This document shows positions 29,441 through 38,702 of a stretch of 64,000 bases of DNA, one piece after another; the stretch's first letter is position 1, and each line of letters opens with the position of its first letter. The notes under the pieces were generated by a model. It ran no database searches. It was given only the letters and a program-made list of their open reading frames with translations, and was not told the DNA's origin. Source of the stretch: an uncultured Candidatus Saccharibacteria bacterium. GTDB lineage: Bacteria; Patescibacteriota; Doudnabacteria; UBA920. The DNA is taken from positions 13,599 to 77,598 of the forward strand of contig CAZKVS010000002.1 in NCBI GenBank assembly GCA_964556325.1, in the 5' to 3' direction. Both the position numbers and the translations under genes were made by a program.

Positions 29441-29749
29441 TTATTCTGTTCTAAACCCAATATGTGGCTGCTGGTCACTGCCTGCTTTTATAGCACCAAA
29501 CTGCTCTTCATACCGCTTAATGTTTTCCTGCAATGCGGCTGCAATGCGCTTCATGTGCTGCGGGGAAAGAATGACCCGAGCTGTGACCGTACCTGTTGGC
29601 GGAAACAAGTTCATGAAATCAATCACAAACTCTTCCGGTGTATGAGCTATTTGAGCCATATTTGCATACACACCTCGGAGCATTTCATCCGTTACTTTTA
29701 CCTGCATTTGTTGCTGACCCTGCTGACCTTGTGGGTTGTTTTCGTTCAT
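29441..29749 (-). CDS. DUF3467 family protein
   Basis: GVYAN...HTPEEFVIDF...ARVILSPQHMKR...YEEQFG. Confidence 0.85.
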   Translation of the reverse strand: MNENNPQGQQGQQQMQVKVTDEMLRGVYANMAQIAHTPEEFVIDFMNLFPPTGTVTARVILSPQHMKRIAAALQENIKRYEEQFGAIKAGSDQQPHIGFRTE

Positions 29750-30046
29750 ATAAATTGTGTTTATTGTTAAAAGATACGTTCTACACTATACTGGAGCTGC
29801 AACTTTTTACCTTCCTGGCTAGCTGGACCAGGAAAGAACCTAAAAGGAGGTAACTGCCTATGATGTTTTTGGACAAAAACTCAAACACCATAAACGCATC
29901 GAACGCGCTTAACTGCGCATGAGGTGATCCGGCTATCTCATTGCTGATCTTCTTGCTGACTTACTAGTTAGCTAATCCAAAAGAAAATACAGCGATGTCA
30001 TCCAGCTCAACTCGGGGCGGCCAAATCAATGGCCGCCCCACATTTT

Positions 30047-31924
30047 TTATTCTTTTTCTTTAAACTCCGCGTCTACTGTCGGTCCGGCATCACCAGTGGT
30101 AGCACTATCTCCATTCTGATTACTGCTTTCTGCTTTCTGCTCATCTGCTGCAGCCGGCTGCTCCGCATACATAGCAGCACCAACTTTCTGAATGGCATCA
30201 GACAGTGCAGACATGGCCTTTTGAATAACTTCTGTATCGTCTTTATCTTTCACATCCTTGAGCGCTTTGACTGCTTCTTCCACGGCAGTTTTATCTTCCG
30301 CCTTGGCTTTATCCCCTGCATCCTTCAAGGTCTTTTCAGACACGGCAATAAGTTGGTCAGCCTGGTTGCGCAAATCCACCACTTCACGACGCTTCTTGTC
30401 TTCTGACGCGTGAGTTTCTGCTTCTTGGCGCATTCGCTCTACTTCGTCCTTAGAAAGGCTGCTCGAACCTTGAATGGTTATGTGCTGTTCCTTACCGGTA
30501 GCTTTATCTTTTGCTTTTACCGTAAGAATACCGTTTGCATCTATATCAAAGGTTACTTCAATTTGTGGGACACCACGAGGTGCTGGGGGCACACCGTCTA
30601 AAATAAACTTACCGAGTGCTTTGTTATCTGCCGCAAACTCACGCTCGCCCTGAAGTACGTGAATTTCTACTGAGGTCTGGTTATCGGCCGCGGTAGAAAA
30701 CACCTGACTCTTAGACGTTGGCACTGTGGTGTTGCGGTCTATAATTGGTGTGCGAACACCACCCATAGTTTCTAAACCAAGCGTAAGTGGAGTCACATCC
30801 AGCAACAAAATTTCCTTACCCTGTACATCACCAGAGAGTATACCAGCCTGAATGGCCGCACCCTTCGCCACGGCTTCCATTGGATCCACACCACGCTCTA
30901 CCTGCTTGCCTATAAATTCCTCTACAAATTTCTGTACCACCGGCATGCGAGTAGGGCCACCAATGAGAATAATCTTTTCAATTTGTGGTGGAGTTAGCTT
31001 GGCATCGTTTAAGGCTTGAGTTACCGGCTGGCGCATACGCTCCACAATTGGCTTCACCAAGTCCTCTAAACGAGCACGGGTAATTTTCATTTGCAAGTGC
31101 TTTGGACCACCGGCGTCCGCAGTAATGAACGGCAAGTTTATTTCCGTCTCTAAGGTGGTAGAAAGCTCAATTTTGGCCTTTTCCGCCGCTTCACGCACGC
31201 GGTTCATAGCCATGCGGTCAGCCGAAACATCTATACCACTTTGAGCTTTAAACTCACCGGTAATAAAATCAATTAAAGCCTTGTCCATATCTTTACCACC
31301 AAGAGCAGTATCACCAGAAGTAGAAAGCACTTCAAAGGTTGCTTGGTTGTCTACTTCAGAGAAGTCCATAATGGTTACGTCCAACGTACCACCACCAAGG
31401 TCAAACACTAAAATTTTCTGGTCTTTCGCAGAAGTCTTGTCTAAGCCATAGGCGAATGCTGCAGCAGTTGGTTCGTTTATTACACGTACCACTTCAAGTC
31501 CGGCAATTTCACCGGCATTTTTTGTAGCTTGACGCTGCGCATCGTCAAAGTAGGCCGGTACTGTAATAACTGCCTTCTCTACCTTATCACCCGTGTAAGC
31601 TTCTGCATCTCGCTTAATTTTTTGTAAAATGTACGCAGAAATTTGCTCTGGGGCGTATTCCTTACCGTTCACCGTAAACTTTTCTTTGGTGCCCATTTTA
31701 CGCTTAGCTTCAAAAATGGTGCCATCTGGGTTGGTCACTGCCTGCCGACGGGCCGGTTCACCCACTAACAGTTCACCTTCTTTGGTAAACGCAACATAGG
31801 AAGGAAATGCTTTTCCACCTAGACTCGCACCTTCTGCTGCAGGAATAATCACTGCTTTACCACCTTCCATTACGCTTGCGGCGGAGTTGGAAGTACCTAA
31901 ATCTATACCAATTATTTTACTCAT
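30047..31924 (-). CDS. dnaK: Chaperone DnaK
   Basis: [45 protein letters not shown]. Confidence 0.99.
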   Translation of the reverse strand: MSKIIGIDLGTSNSAASVMEGGKAVIIPAAEGASLGGKAFPSYVAFTKEGELLVGEPARRQAVTNPDGTIFEAKRKMGTKEKFTVNGKEYAPEQISAYILQKIKRDAEAYTGDKVEKAVITVPAYFDDAQRQATKNAGEIAGLEVVRVINEPTAAAFAYGLDKTSAKDQKILVFDLGGGTLDVTIMDFSEVDNQATFEVLSTSGDTALGGKDMDKALIDFITGEFKAQSGIDVSADRMAMNRVREAAEKAKIELSTTLETEINLPFITADAGGPKHLQMKITRARLEDLVKPIVERMRQPVTQALNDAKLTPPQIEKIILIGGPTRMPVVQKFVEEFIGKQVERGVDPMEAVAKGAAIQAGILSGDVQGKEILLLDVTPLTLGLETMGGVRTPIIDRNTTVPTSKSQVFSTAADNQTSVEIHVLQGEREFAADNKALGKFILDGVPPAPRGVPQIEVTFDIDANGILTVKAKDKATGKEQHITIQGSSSLSKDEVERMRQEAETHASEDKKRREVVDLRNQADQLIAVSEKTLKDAGDKAKAEDKTAVEEAVKALKDVKDKDDTEVIQKAMSALSDAIQKVGAAMYAEQPAAADEQKAESSNQNGDSATTGDAGPTVDAEFKEKE

Positions 31925-31941
31925 ATATTATTCTCCTTGCC

Positions 31942-32367
31942 TTAGTTATTATCTCTCGCCAAAATTAAATCTTTTAATTTACTAATATACTCTTCCCTAT
32001 TCAGAGTCTTAGGAATATAGCCAAACCATAATGAATCTGGAGTTAGAACTTCCCATGCATTATTTTCATACAATTTTCTGATTGCGGGTGTTTTTTGTAA
32101 ATTCATCTGCGCCACGAAATTTAATACAATGGCGGGAGTTTGCTCAGCTTCCAATCTCTGATTTACTTGCTCCAACAATTTATTGCCCAATCCTTGTCCC
32201 TGAAACTCAGGCGAAATATCTAAACTTTCCAAATAGTAATAATTAAACGGCTCTGAGTATCGCTCCAACATGGCATATCCCACCTCTGTACCGTCAACGT
32301 ATAACGCTTCCTTATTCGGGCTCTGGTTATCAATACTTTGTAATAACTCCGAATTATTAGATTTCAT
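31942..32367 (-). CDS. GNAT family acetyltransferase
   Basis: ISPEFQGQGLG acetyl-CoA motif, LYE..W. Confidence 0.8.
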   Translation of the reverse strand: MKSNNSELLQSIDNQSPNKEALYVDGTEVGYAMLERYSEPFNYYYLESLDISPEFQGQGLGNKLLEQVNQRLEAEQTPAIVLNFVAQMNLQKTPAIRKLYENNAWEVLTPDSLWFGYIPKTLNREEYISKLKDLILARDNN

Positions 32368-32456
32368 ATTCTAGTCATCTGAACTCAGCAAATTTACATA
32401 AGTTAATTAAGTGTCGAATCTTTTAACATCGTTAACTATACAAGGAACAGAGCAAA

Positions 32457-32702
32457 TTAGTGACTCAAAAATAAACTCAGAAAATATCCGCCAATTGCTG
32501 CCAATGCTAGTAGTGCCGCTGTTATTTTAAACTTATTGCTACTGAATAGCGCGGCTAGCTGGCTCTTCAAGGGCAGGCCCGGGCTAAACAGTGGCTCTTC
32601 GTAATTCTGATTATCCTTAATTGGATTTGGAAGTGGAGGCATGCTACTCTTTTTTACTAATTGCGACCTGGGCCGGACGAATAAGTTTCCCATTAAGCTC
32701 AA
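32457..32702 (-). CDS. Hypothetical small protein with C-terminal TM helix
   Basis: ORF co-oriented within the operon; hydrophobic C-terminus. Confidence 0.5.
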   Translation of the reverse strand: MSLMGNLFVRPRSQLVKKSSMPPLPNPIKDNQNYEEPLFSPGLPLKSQLAALFSSNKFKITAALLALAAIGGYFLSLFLSH

Positions 32703-32796
32703 AGCCAGTTTGATATTCCTGCTATTATAGGGGCTTGCGTCGCCCCCTCCAACCAGCGAAGCTGGATTGGAGCCTCCCCCTCTCGCGCTCTCAGCG

Positions 32797-33321
32797 CTAC
32801 GTCTTTTTGCTGACTGCTACCTGGCTAGGTCTTATCATCTTGCCATTAAGTATAAAACCTGACTGATACTCTTCTATAACCATGCCGTCTTCTTCTCCGG
32901 GGACTTCTCTAACTGCTTCATGGAAGTTAGGGTCAAACTTTTTACCTACCGCCTCTATCTTCTTCACGCCTAGCTCTTCCAATGCCTTGTCGAGCTGCTT
33001 CACCAAGCCATCCAAACCACTTTGCCACTTCCCATATTCTTCTGCGAGCTTAGTGTCATCTGCGACTGGTCGATGCACAAGCGCTTGCTCCAGCGTATCC
33101 AACGAAGGAAGGAGTTTGGCGACTGCAACTTCTCGCGCGAAATCTATAAGCTCTTTATTCTCATTCTCTTTCCGTTTCTGATAGTTCTGAAAATCTGCTT
33201 CGCTGCGCTTCCAGCCATTTAGGTTCGCTTCGGCTTCCTTTTGCGCCGCCTCGAGCTGTTGTTGTAGGTCTGTTATAGATACATCCTGCGCCTGAGTATC
33301 GTCTTGTGTTTGGTCATCCAT
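32797..33321 (-). CDS. grpE: Nucleotide exchange factor GrpE
   Basis: R..ADFQNY.KR, FDPNFHEA, IRPSQVAV. Confidence 0.97.
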   Translation of the reverse strand: MDDQTQDDTQAQDVSITDLQQQLEAAQKEAEANLNGWKRSEADFQNYQKRKENENKELIDFAREVAVAKLLPSLDTLEQALVHRPVADDTKLAEEYGKWQSGLDGLVKQLDKALEELGVKKIEAVGKKFDPNFHEAVREVPGEEDGMVIEEYQSGFILNGKMIRPSQVAVSKKT

Positions 33322-33352
33322 ACGTCATGTCCAAAATTAATTCTGGTCAATT

Positions 33353-34114
33353 TTATTTAATTATGGTCAATAATATTATTGCTGCGCCTCCCCCACCCAA
33401 CAGCTTTGCAATATACTCCATCAAGCCCATATTCTTCTCGTATTTCATGGACTTTGGGCCAAGCAAGCCTACTACACCCTGTTTACCATCTGGTAATTGT
33501 ACGCCTGAGACTATCATAGAGTAGTCGCTCTTTTCGGACAGCTTTACTTCTTTTCCTATCACTGCTTGCGCACTGCCATTGGCGTAGTCTCGCATCATGT
33601 TTTCCGCGTGTTCGTCTATGTTGTCAAAAAAACGAGCAATCTCTCGAGCATCTTCCGGTGGTAAGGCAGGATTATCTAAAATATTCGCCAAACCCATAGT
33701 AGAAGTATCGCCGGGGAACAAAGCAAAGCTGGCCTGTTCAGAACTGTCTGCCAAGAGCTTGGCAAGCCTTCGGCCCACCTCGGCATTTACCACCTGCAAC
33801 TTTACTACTTCCTTCCGTAAGCGATCTTGCTCTTTCATAGAGAGCTTTACTCGCTCCATAAGCTCGCTCACAAAATACCGAAAGCCCATGTCGGTTGGTA
33901 CCCGACCGGCTGAGGTATGCGGCTGCATAATGTAGCCCTCTTTTTCCAGCACTTGCATCTCGTTACGAATAGTAGCACCGGACAAGTCAAAATAGTCTTT
34001 GTCGACTAAATCTTTGCTCGCCACCGGCACACCAGTATCGCAGTTTTCTTTTACTATTGCGGCCAATATTCTGGCTTGGCGCTGAGTTATTTCTGGGTAG
34101 TTTGCCATACTCAT
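33353..34114 (-). CDS. hrcA: Heat-inducible repressor HrcA (short form)
   Basis: SGATIRNEM..LE..GY..QPHTSAGRVPT..GFRYFV; CIRCE upstream. Confidence 0.95.
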   Translation of the reverse strand: MSMANYPEITQRQARILAAIVKENCDTGVPVASKDLVDKDYFDLSGATIRNEMQVLEKEGYIMQPHTSAGRVPTDMGFRYFVSELMERVKLSMKEQDRLRKEVVKLQVVNAEVGRRLAKLLADSSEQASFALFPGDTSTMGLANILDNPALPPEDAREIARFFDNIDEHAENMMRDYANGSAQAVIGKEVKLSEKSDYSMIVSGVQLPDGKQGVVGLLGPKSMKYEKNMGLMEYIAKLLGGGGAAIILLTIIK

Positions 34115-34130
34115 ACACCATATAAAATAA

Positions 34131-34157
34131 TTAGCACTCTGTCAAGTAGAGTGCTAA
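34131..34157. promoter_or_regulatory. CIRCE operator overlapping the hrcA -35
   Basis: TTAGCACTC-N9-GAGTGCTAA exact; TTGACA on the minus strand lies inside the spacer. Confidence 0.97.
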
Positions 34158-34264
34158 TTAAACTTTTCTGTGCATAACTATATGTAAAGTTTACTTGACA
34201 CTGCTTCTCTACCTGCTATGGTATAGCTAATAAGCTAGATAGTAACTAATTACACCCAATTCAT

Positions 34265-34831
34265 ATGAACTATAAAATAGCTGGCGGCGTGCTCGTCGCG
34301 GCAATAATAATCGGCGGCATCGCGTTCGCATCAAGCCAGATGCAACGCGGGGACACGGCCGCTGCCACCCCCATCGTAAACCCTGAGCAATCCGTGGCCG
34401 ACTCTATGGAAGCCGTGGATGCAAAGAGAGAACAAGAAACCTCGGAAAGTATGACGAAAGAAAAAGCGGCCTACGATGCCAACAAGACTTCGGAAACCAA
34501 AGAGAGCGCAACTGCTAAGTCCGGAGAATACCTAGACTACTCCCCGGAAACTCTACAAGCAGAACTTGCCGAAGGCCACAAAGTCGTACTTTTCTTCCAT
34601 GCTCCTTGGTGCCCATTCTGCAAAGCGGCCGACGTAGCCTTTAAAGCCAAATTGGATCAAATTCCTACCAATGTCGTGGTGCTTAAAACTGATTACGATA
34701 GCAACTCAACACTCAAACAAAAATACGGCGTTACCTATCAACATACCTTCGTACAAATTGACAAGGACGGCAACATGATAACCAAGTGGAACGGCGGAGA
34801 CTTGGATAACTTGAGGAAATACCTCAAGTAA
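34265..34831 (+). CDS. Exported thioredoxin-like protein
   Basis: Signal/TM segment; FFHAPWCPFC. Confidence 0.9.
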   Translation: MNYKIAGGVLVAAIIIGGIAFASSQMQRGDTAAATPIVNPEQSVADSMEAVDAKREQETSESMTKEKAAYDANKTSETKESATAKSGEYLDYSPETLQAELAEGHKVVLFFHAPWCPFCKAADVAFKAKLDQIPTNVVVLKTDYDSNSTLKQKYGVTYQHTFVQIDKDGNMITKWNGGDLDNLRKYLK

Positions 34832-34920
34832 ATTTCCAATTCCTAATTTCTAATGTCTAATGACACACAAGAAATTAGTACTCTTATCATTTGGTATTAG
34901 AAATTAGATATTAGATATTT

Positions 34921-36600
34921 ATGCTACAGATACTTCTCGCACTTATTGCCGGCATCCTCACAATAGCCGCGCCGTGCATCTTGCTCCCCCTCCCAATACT
35001 CCTCGGGTCCTCGGTTGGTCAGAAAAGTAAAACCCGACCACTGTTCATTACTCTGGGCTTTGTTATTACATTTGCGATTCTGGGCATAGCCCTAAACTTC
35101 CTAGTACAAAATCTGGGACTAAACCCCAATACTCTACGTACTGTTGCAGTAGTACTGCTGGCCTTATTCGCTGTGTTCATGATATGGCCAACACCCTTTG
35201 AAAAGCTAACCCAACACATGAGCGGACTTATTAATCGGGCAGCTAAGACCGGGCAGGCAGCTGGAACCGGTAATGCAGGTGGGTTTGTAATGGGCGTGGT
35301 TATAGGCGTCATATGGGCGCCATGCGCAGGGCCCATCTTAGGTTCTATACTTACACTTATTGCTCAGGAATCAAACACTATTAAAGCGTTAGGTCTATTA
35401 GTTGCCTACGCAATTGGTGCCGGTATTCCTATGCTGCTTATTGCCTATGGCGGACAAGCCATAACGGGGAAAATCCGCTTCATCGCTCAATACGCAACCA
35501 GACTACAACAAGTATTTGGTGTTATCCTCTTGCTTTTAGCTGTAGCTATACACTTTCAGTACGATACGCTACTACAAGCAAAACTGCTCACTCGGTTTCC
35601 CTTCCTCAATGGAGGTATAGAGTCAAAAGTATTATGCCAAGTGCCTGGTTATATAGCCCAAGGTGATGAATGCAACCAAAAAGACAACGGTATACCCGTA
35701 CTAGAAAAACCCGCCACTGCACCCAAGGCTCCGGAGTTCGCAGGCATTAGTCACTGGCTGAACACTGACCGCCCGCTTACCATAAGCGAACTTAAAGGTA
35801 AGGTAGTCTTGATAGACTTCTGGACTTACTCGTGTATTAACTGCATACGCACACTCCCCTACGTAACCAAACTCTACGACACATATAAAGATAAAGGGTT
35901 GGTGGTAGTGGGCGTGCACACCCCAGAATTCCCCTTTGAAAAAGATACGAGCAACGTAGCCAGGGCAATTCAACAACACAGCATTCACTATCCCGTCGCC
36001 CAAGACAATGACTTTAGTACCTGGACCGCATACGGTAACCACTATTGGCCAGCTGAGTACCTCATTGATCAAAATGGGAGCATTGTATACACCCATTTTG
36101 GCGAAGGCAAATACGACCAAACCGAAATGGCCATTAAGCAATTACTCGGTCTTTCCGGTGGGGCAACGGTTGATAGCGGCTCAGATCTCTCTCAAGTGAA
36201 GTCACCGGAAATGTATTTTGGCTATGAACGAGTTGAATTTCTAGCAAACGGCCGAGGTCAATCAGACGAACAGGAGTATGTGATACCCAATAGGCTCGAT
36301 CTAAACAAATTCGCCTTATCCGGAACTTGGAAACTTGAGGCAGACAAAGCTGTACTAGTACGCGGTGTGGGCAAAATTAAACTCCACTTTAAGTCTGCTA
36401 AAGTGCATATGGTTGCCAGCAGTCCAAAACCCGGTGGACATAGCATTACCGTTCGGGTAGACAACTATCCTGCTACCATACTAAATGTAAGCAACGCCGA
36501 CCTTTACACCGTCTTTGACTCTACCAATTACGGAGACCATGTATTAGAAATAACCATCCCCGATGCAGGCTTCGAAGCTTTTACGTTTACGTTTGGGTAG
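34921..36600 (+). CDS. DipZ-like CcdA-thioredoxin fusion
   Basis: APCILLP, WAPCAGPILG, DFWTYSCINC.R, HTPEFPFE, C-terminal AFTFTFG. Confidence 0.92.
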   Translation: MLQILLALIAGILTIAAPCILLPLPILLGSSVGQKSKTRPLFITLGFVITFAILGIALNFLVQNLGLNPNTLRTVAVVLLALFAVFMIWPTPFEKLTQHMSGLINRAAKTGQAAGTGNAGGFVMGVVIGVIWAPCAGPILGSILTLIAQESNTIKALGLLVAYAIGAGIPMLLIAYGGQAITGKIRFIAQYATRLQQVFGVILLLLAVAIHFQYDTLLQAKLLTRFPFLNGGIESKVLCQVPGYIAQGDECNQKDNGIPVLEKPATAPKAPEFAGISHWLNTDRPLTISELKGKVVLIDFWTYSCINCIRTLPYVTKLYDTYKDKGLVVVGVHTPEFPFEKDTSNVARAIQQHSIHYPVAQDNDFSTWTAYGNHYWPAEYLIDQNGSIVYTHFGEGKYDQTEMAIKQLLGLSGGATVDSGSDLSQVKSPEMYFGYERVEFLANGRGQSDEQEYVIPNRLDLNKFALSGTWKLEADKAVLVRGVGKIKLHFKSAKVHMVASSPKPGGHSITVRVDNYPATILNVSNADLYTVFDSTNYGDHVLEITIPDAGFEAFTFTFG

Positions 36601-36682
36601 AAAGTAAATAGAAATCAGAAAATAGTAAACAGACCAAATAACTCCTTCTGATTTCTACTTTCTGATTACTGATTTCTCAAAC

Positions 36683-36886
36683 ATGACCATCCATAACTCT
36701 ATAAAAGAATACCGCACCACCGAGAACATGACCCAAGAAGACCTTGCGGCGTCGGTTGGCGTATCCAGGCAGACTATTATTGCTATGGAAAAAGGCAACT
36801 ACACTCCCTCGCTCATGCTTGCCCTGCAGCTTGCTCAGGTGTTTAAAGTGAAAGTCGAAGACCTCTTTAATCTAGGTTCAAGGTGA
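36683..36886 (+). CDS. XRE family HTH regulator
   Basis: TQEDLA..VGVSRQTI..ME.G.Y.PSL.LA. Confidence 0.92.
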   Translation: MTIHNSIKEYRTTENMTQEDLAASVGVSRQTIIAMEKGNYTPSLMLALQLAQVFKVKVEDLFNLGSR

Positions 36887-36960
36887 CAGGTTCAAGGCTA
36901 GAGTAGTACACTACCTATATAGTTCAACCTTGTCCCTTAAACCTCGAATCTCATTAGCTT

Positions 36961-37332
36961 ATGAAAGTCATCCTCTACTATCTTTTCCTACTTATTGGCA
37001 TTGCACTCATTACCGGCTTTGTTATGTCTCAAAGCACAGACGGTACTATGAGCATGTCCATGACGCAAGCTCTCAGCCTTGCCGGCCTACTTGCGCTTTA
37101 CACAGTAGCTATGTCGCTCGTAGGTGAAGGCAAACTGGAAGATGAGCGCGAACTACAACATCGCTACATTGCTAACCGTGCGGGCCTTATTGCCGGCACT
37201 GCATTGCTCGCCGTGGCGCTTATGTTTCAGCTATTCATTACCCACCGCATAGACTACTGGCTGCTCACCGGCCTTATAGTTATAAACCTAACCAAAATCA
37301 TCAGTCTTATCTGGTTGAATTACAAAAAATAA
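36961..37332 (+). CDS. Small membrane protein (DUF2178-like DERE motif)
   Basis: Four TM helices with EDERE; follows the XRE gene. Confidence 0.7.
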   Translation: MKVILYYLFLLIGIALITGFVMSQSTDGTMSMSMTQALSLAGLLALYTVAMSLVGEGKLEDERELQHRYIANRAGLIAGTALLAVALMFQLFITHRIDYWLLTGLIVINLTKIISLIWLNYKK

Positions 37333-37365
37333 ACCGGCATATGCCGGTTTATTTTTAAGAGATCA

Positions 37366-37827
37366 CTATTCGTAAACCTGAGCCCGATTATCCCCAGGCG
37401 TATGGTTTGGAACAACGACATTCCTAACATTACCGCTATTATATTTGGCGGAAGGTTGGCTATGGGGTTTCTTAGCAGTAAACTGAGGAGCAAGCTCGTC
37501 GTCCAAAGCAAATTCGCGACGTGCCGCCTCTGTTGCCGCGCCATCCACTGCTCTCTTTTGTGCAGCCTCGTCGAATAGGCGCTGACCCGTAAACTGAGGA
37601 GCGAGTTCATCGTCTAATGCAATCTCTGCTCGAGCTCGAGCCAACGCGGCCTCATCTTTTTCTCTCTGGATGGCCGAAGCAGCGATTTGCGCAGCTTCTA
37701 AATTTTTCGCAGCTTGTGCTAACACCCCATTCTCAGGTTGATATGGCTTCTCAGCCTTACCCTCATTAAAGCTGGGGTTAAGAGCTTCTACGTCGCTGTC
37801 TTCAAAAACCTGTATTTCGTGTTTCAT
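37366..37827 (-). CDS. Hypothetical protein with internal repeat
   Basis: ALDDELAPQFT occurs twice. Confidence 0.65.
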   Translation of the reverse strand: MKHEIQVFEDSDVEALNPSFNEGKAEKPYQPENGVLAQAAKNLEAAQIAASAIQREKDEAALARARAEIALDDELAPQFTGQRLFDEAAQKRAVDGAATEAARREFALDDELAPQFTAKKPHSQPSAKYNSGNVRNVVVPNHTPGDNRAQVYE

Positions 37828-37884
37828 ACATTTAATGTAAAAATAGTCTAAATATTAAAAACTTAGTTTATTTACTACTAGACA

Positions 37885-38601
37885 CTATTCCCCTACCAAC
37901 TCCACTAAAACCGCATATTCCGAATTGTTTGGACCAAACTTACGAGACATGCCGTAATGTTTACCATCTAGCACCACTTCGAACAGCGGTACAGCCTGAG
38001 CTTTTACACCGACTGTCTCGACATAAGTATTTGACCACTGCCGATTATATTGATCAACTAGCATTTGCGCACTCTCCATACTGTTTATAGCTTGCAAGGC
38101 TTGAGTCAGCTCGCCAATCTTCATCAAATCCGGCGCAAACTCGGCTTTGTCGCCGGGCTTTCCAGACCACACAACCTTCCCTCCTTCTACTTTTTGGTAA
38201 ATAGGAGGAGCGTCTGGTGGGGGCGGTATTATTTCGCTTCCACTTTGCTGCGCCTCAGCCTCTTGTTGTTGTTGTAATGCCAGCACAAGTTCAGACCCAA
38301 CCCGCAAAGCTTCAGCCTGAGGCACGCTCATCAGCACTAACTCTTGTGCGATTCCGCTGACTGTATAAGCGGGTAGTTCCGTTGAGCGGGGTTTCATATG
38401 CCTATCGAGAAAGCTCCGCCAAACTTCATCAGTTAAGGGAAACGGCTTCTGTATAAAAGTTGCCTCGCCCTTTTCCAACTCCCGAGTAATTGCAGCCGGT
38501 TTAATTTCCGCAGTCTGTGCCGCAGCACTTGCAGATACAAATTCAGCCCTGCCTAAATTAGGCTCATGAAGTTGCTCTGGATACGCATCTATGTTGGACA
38601 T
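37885..38601 (-). CDS. Hypothetical protein
   Basis: 238-aa ORF with TGnTATAAT upstream. Confidence 0.7.
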   Translation of the reverse strand: MSNIDAYPEQLHEPNLGRAEFVSASAAAQTAEIKPAAITRELEKGEATFIQKPFPLTDEVWRSFLDRHMKPRSTELPAYTVSGIAQELVLMSVPQAEALRVGSELVLALQQQQEAEAQQSGSEIIPPPPDAPPIYQKVEGGKVVWSGKPGDKAEFAPDLMKIGELTQALQAINSMESAQMLVDQYNRQWSNTYVETVGVKAQAVPLFEVVLDGKHYGMSRKFGPNNSEYAVLVELVGE

Positions 38602-38663
38602 TTTTGTTTCGAAAATTTAACTATTTTGTCTATTATAGCATACATGAGGCAATAAATCAAATT

Positions 38664-38697
38664 AAAAACCTTTCTGCGTTCTGCAGAAAGGTTTTTT
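38664..38697. terminator. Terminator after uvrA
   Basis: aaaaacctttctgc-gttct-gcagaaaggtttttt. Confidence 0.8.
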
Positions 38698-38702
38698 AGT
38701 TT

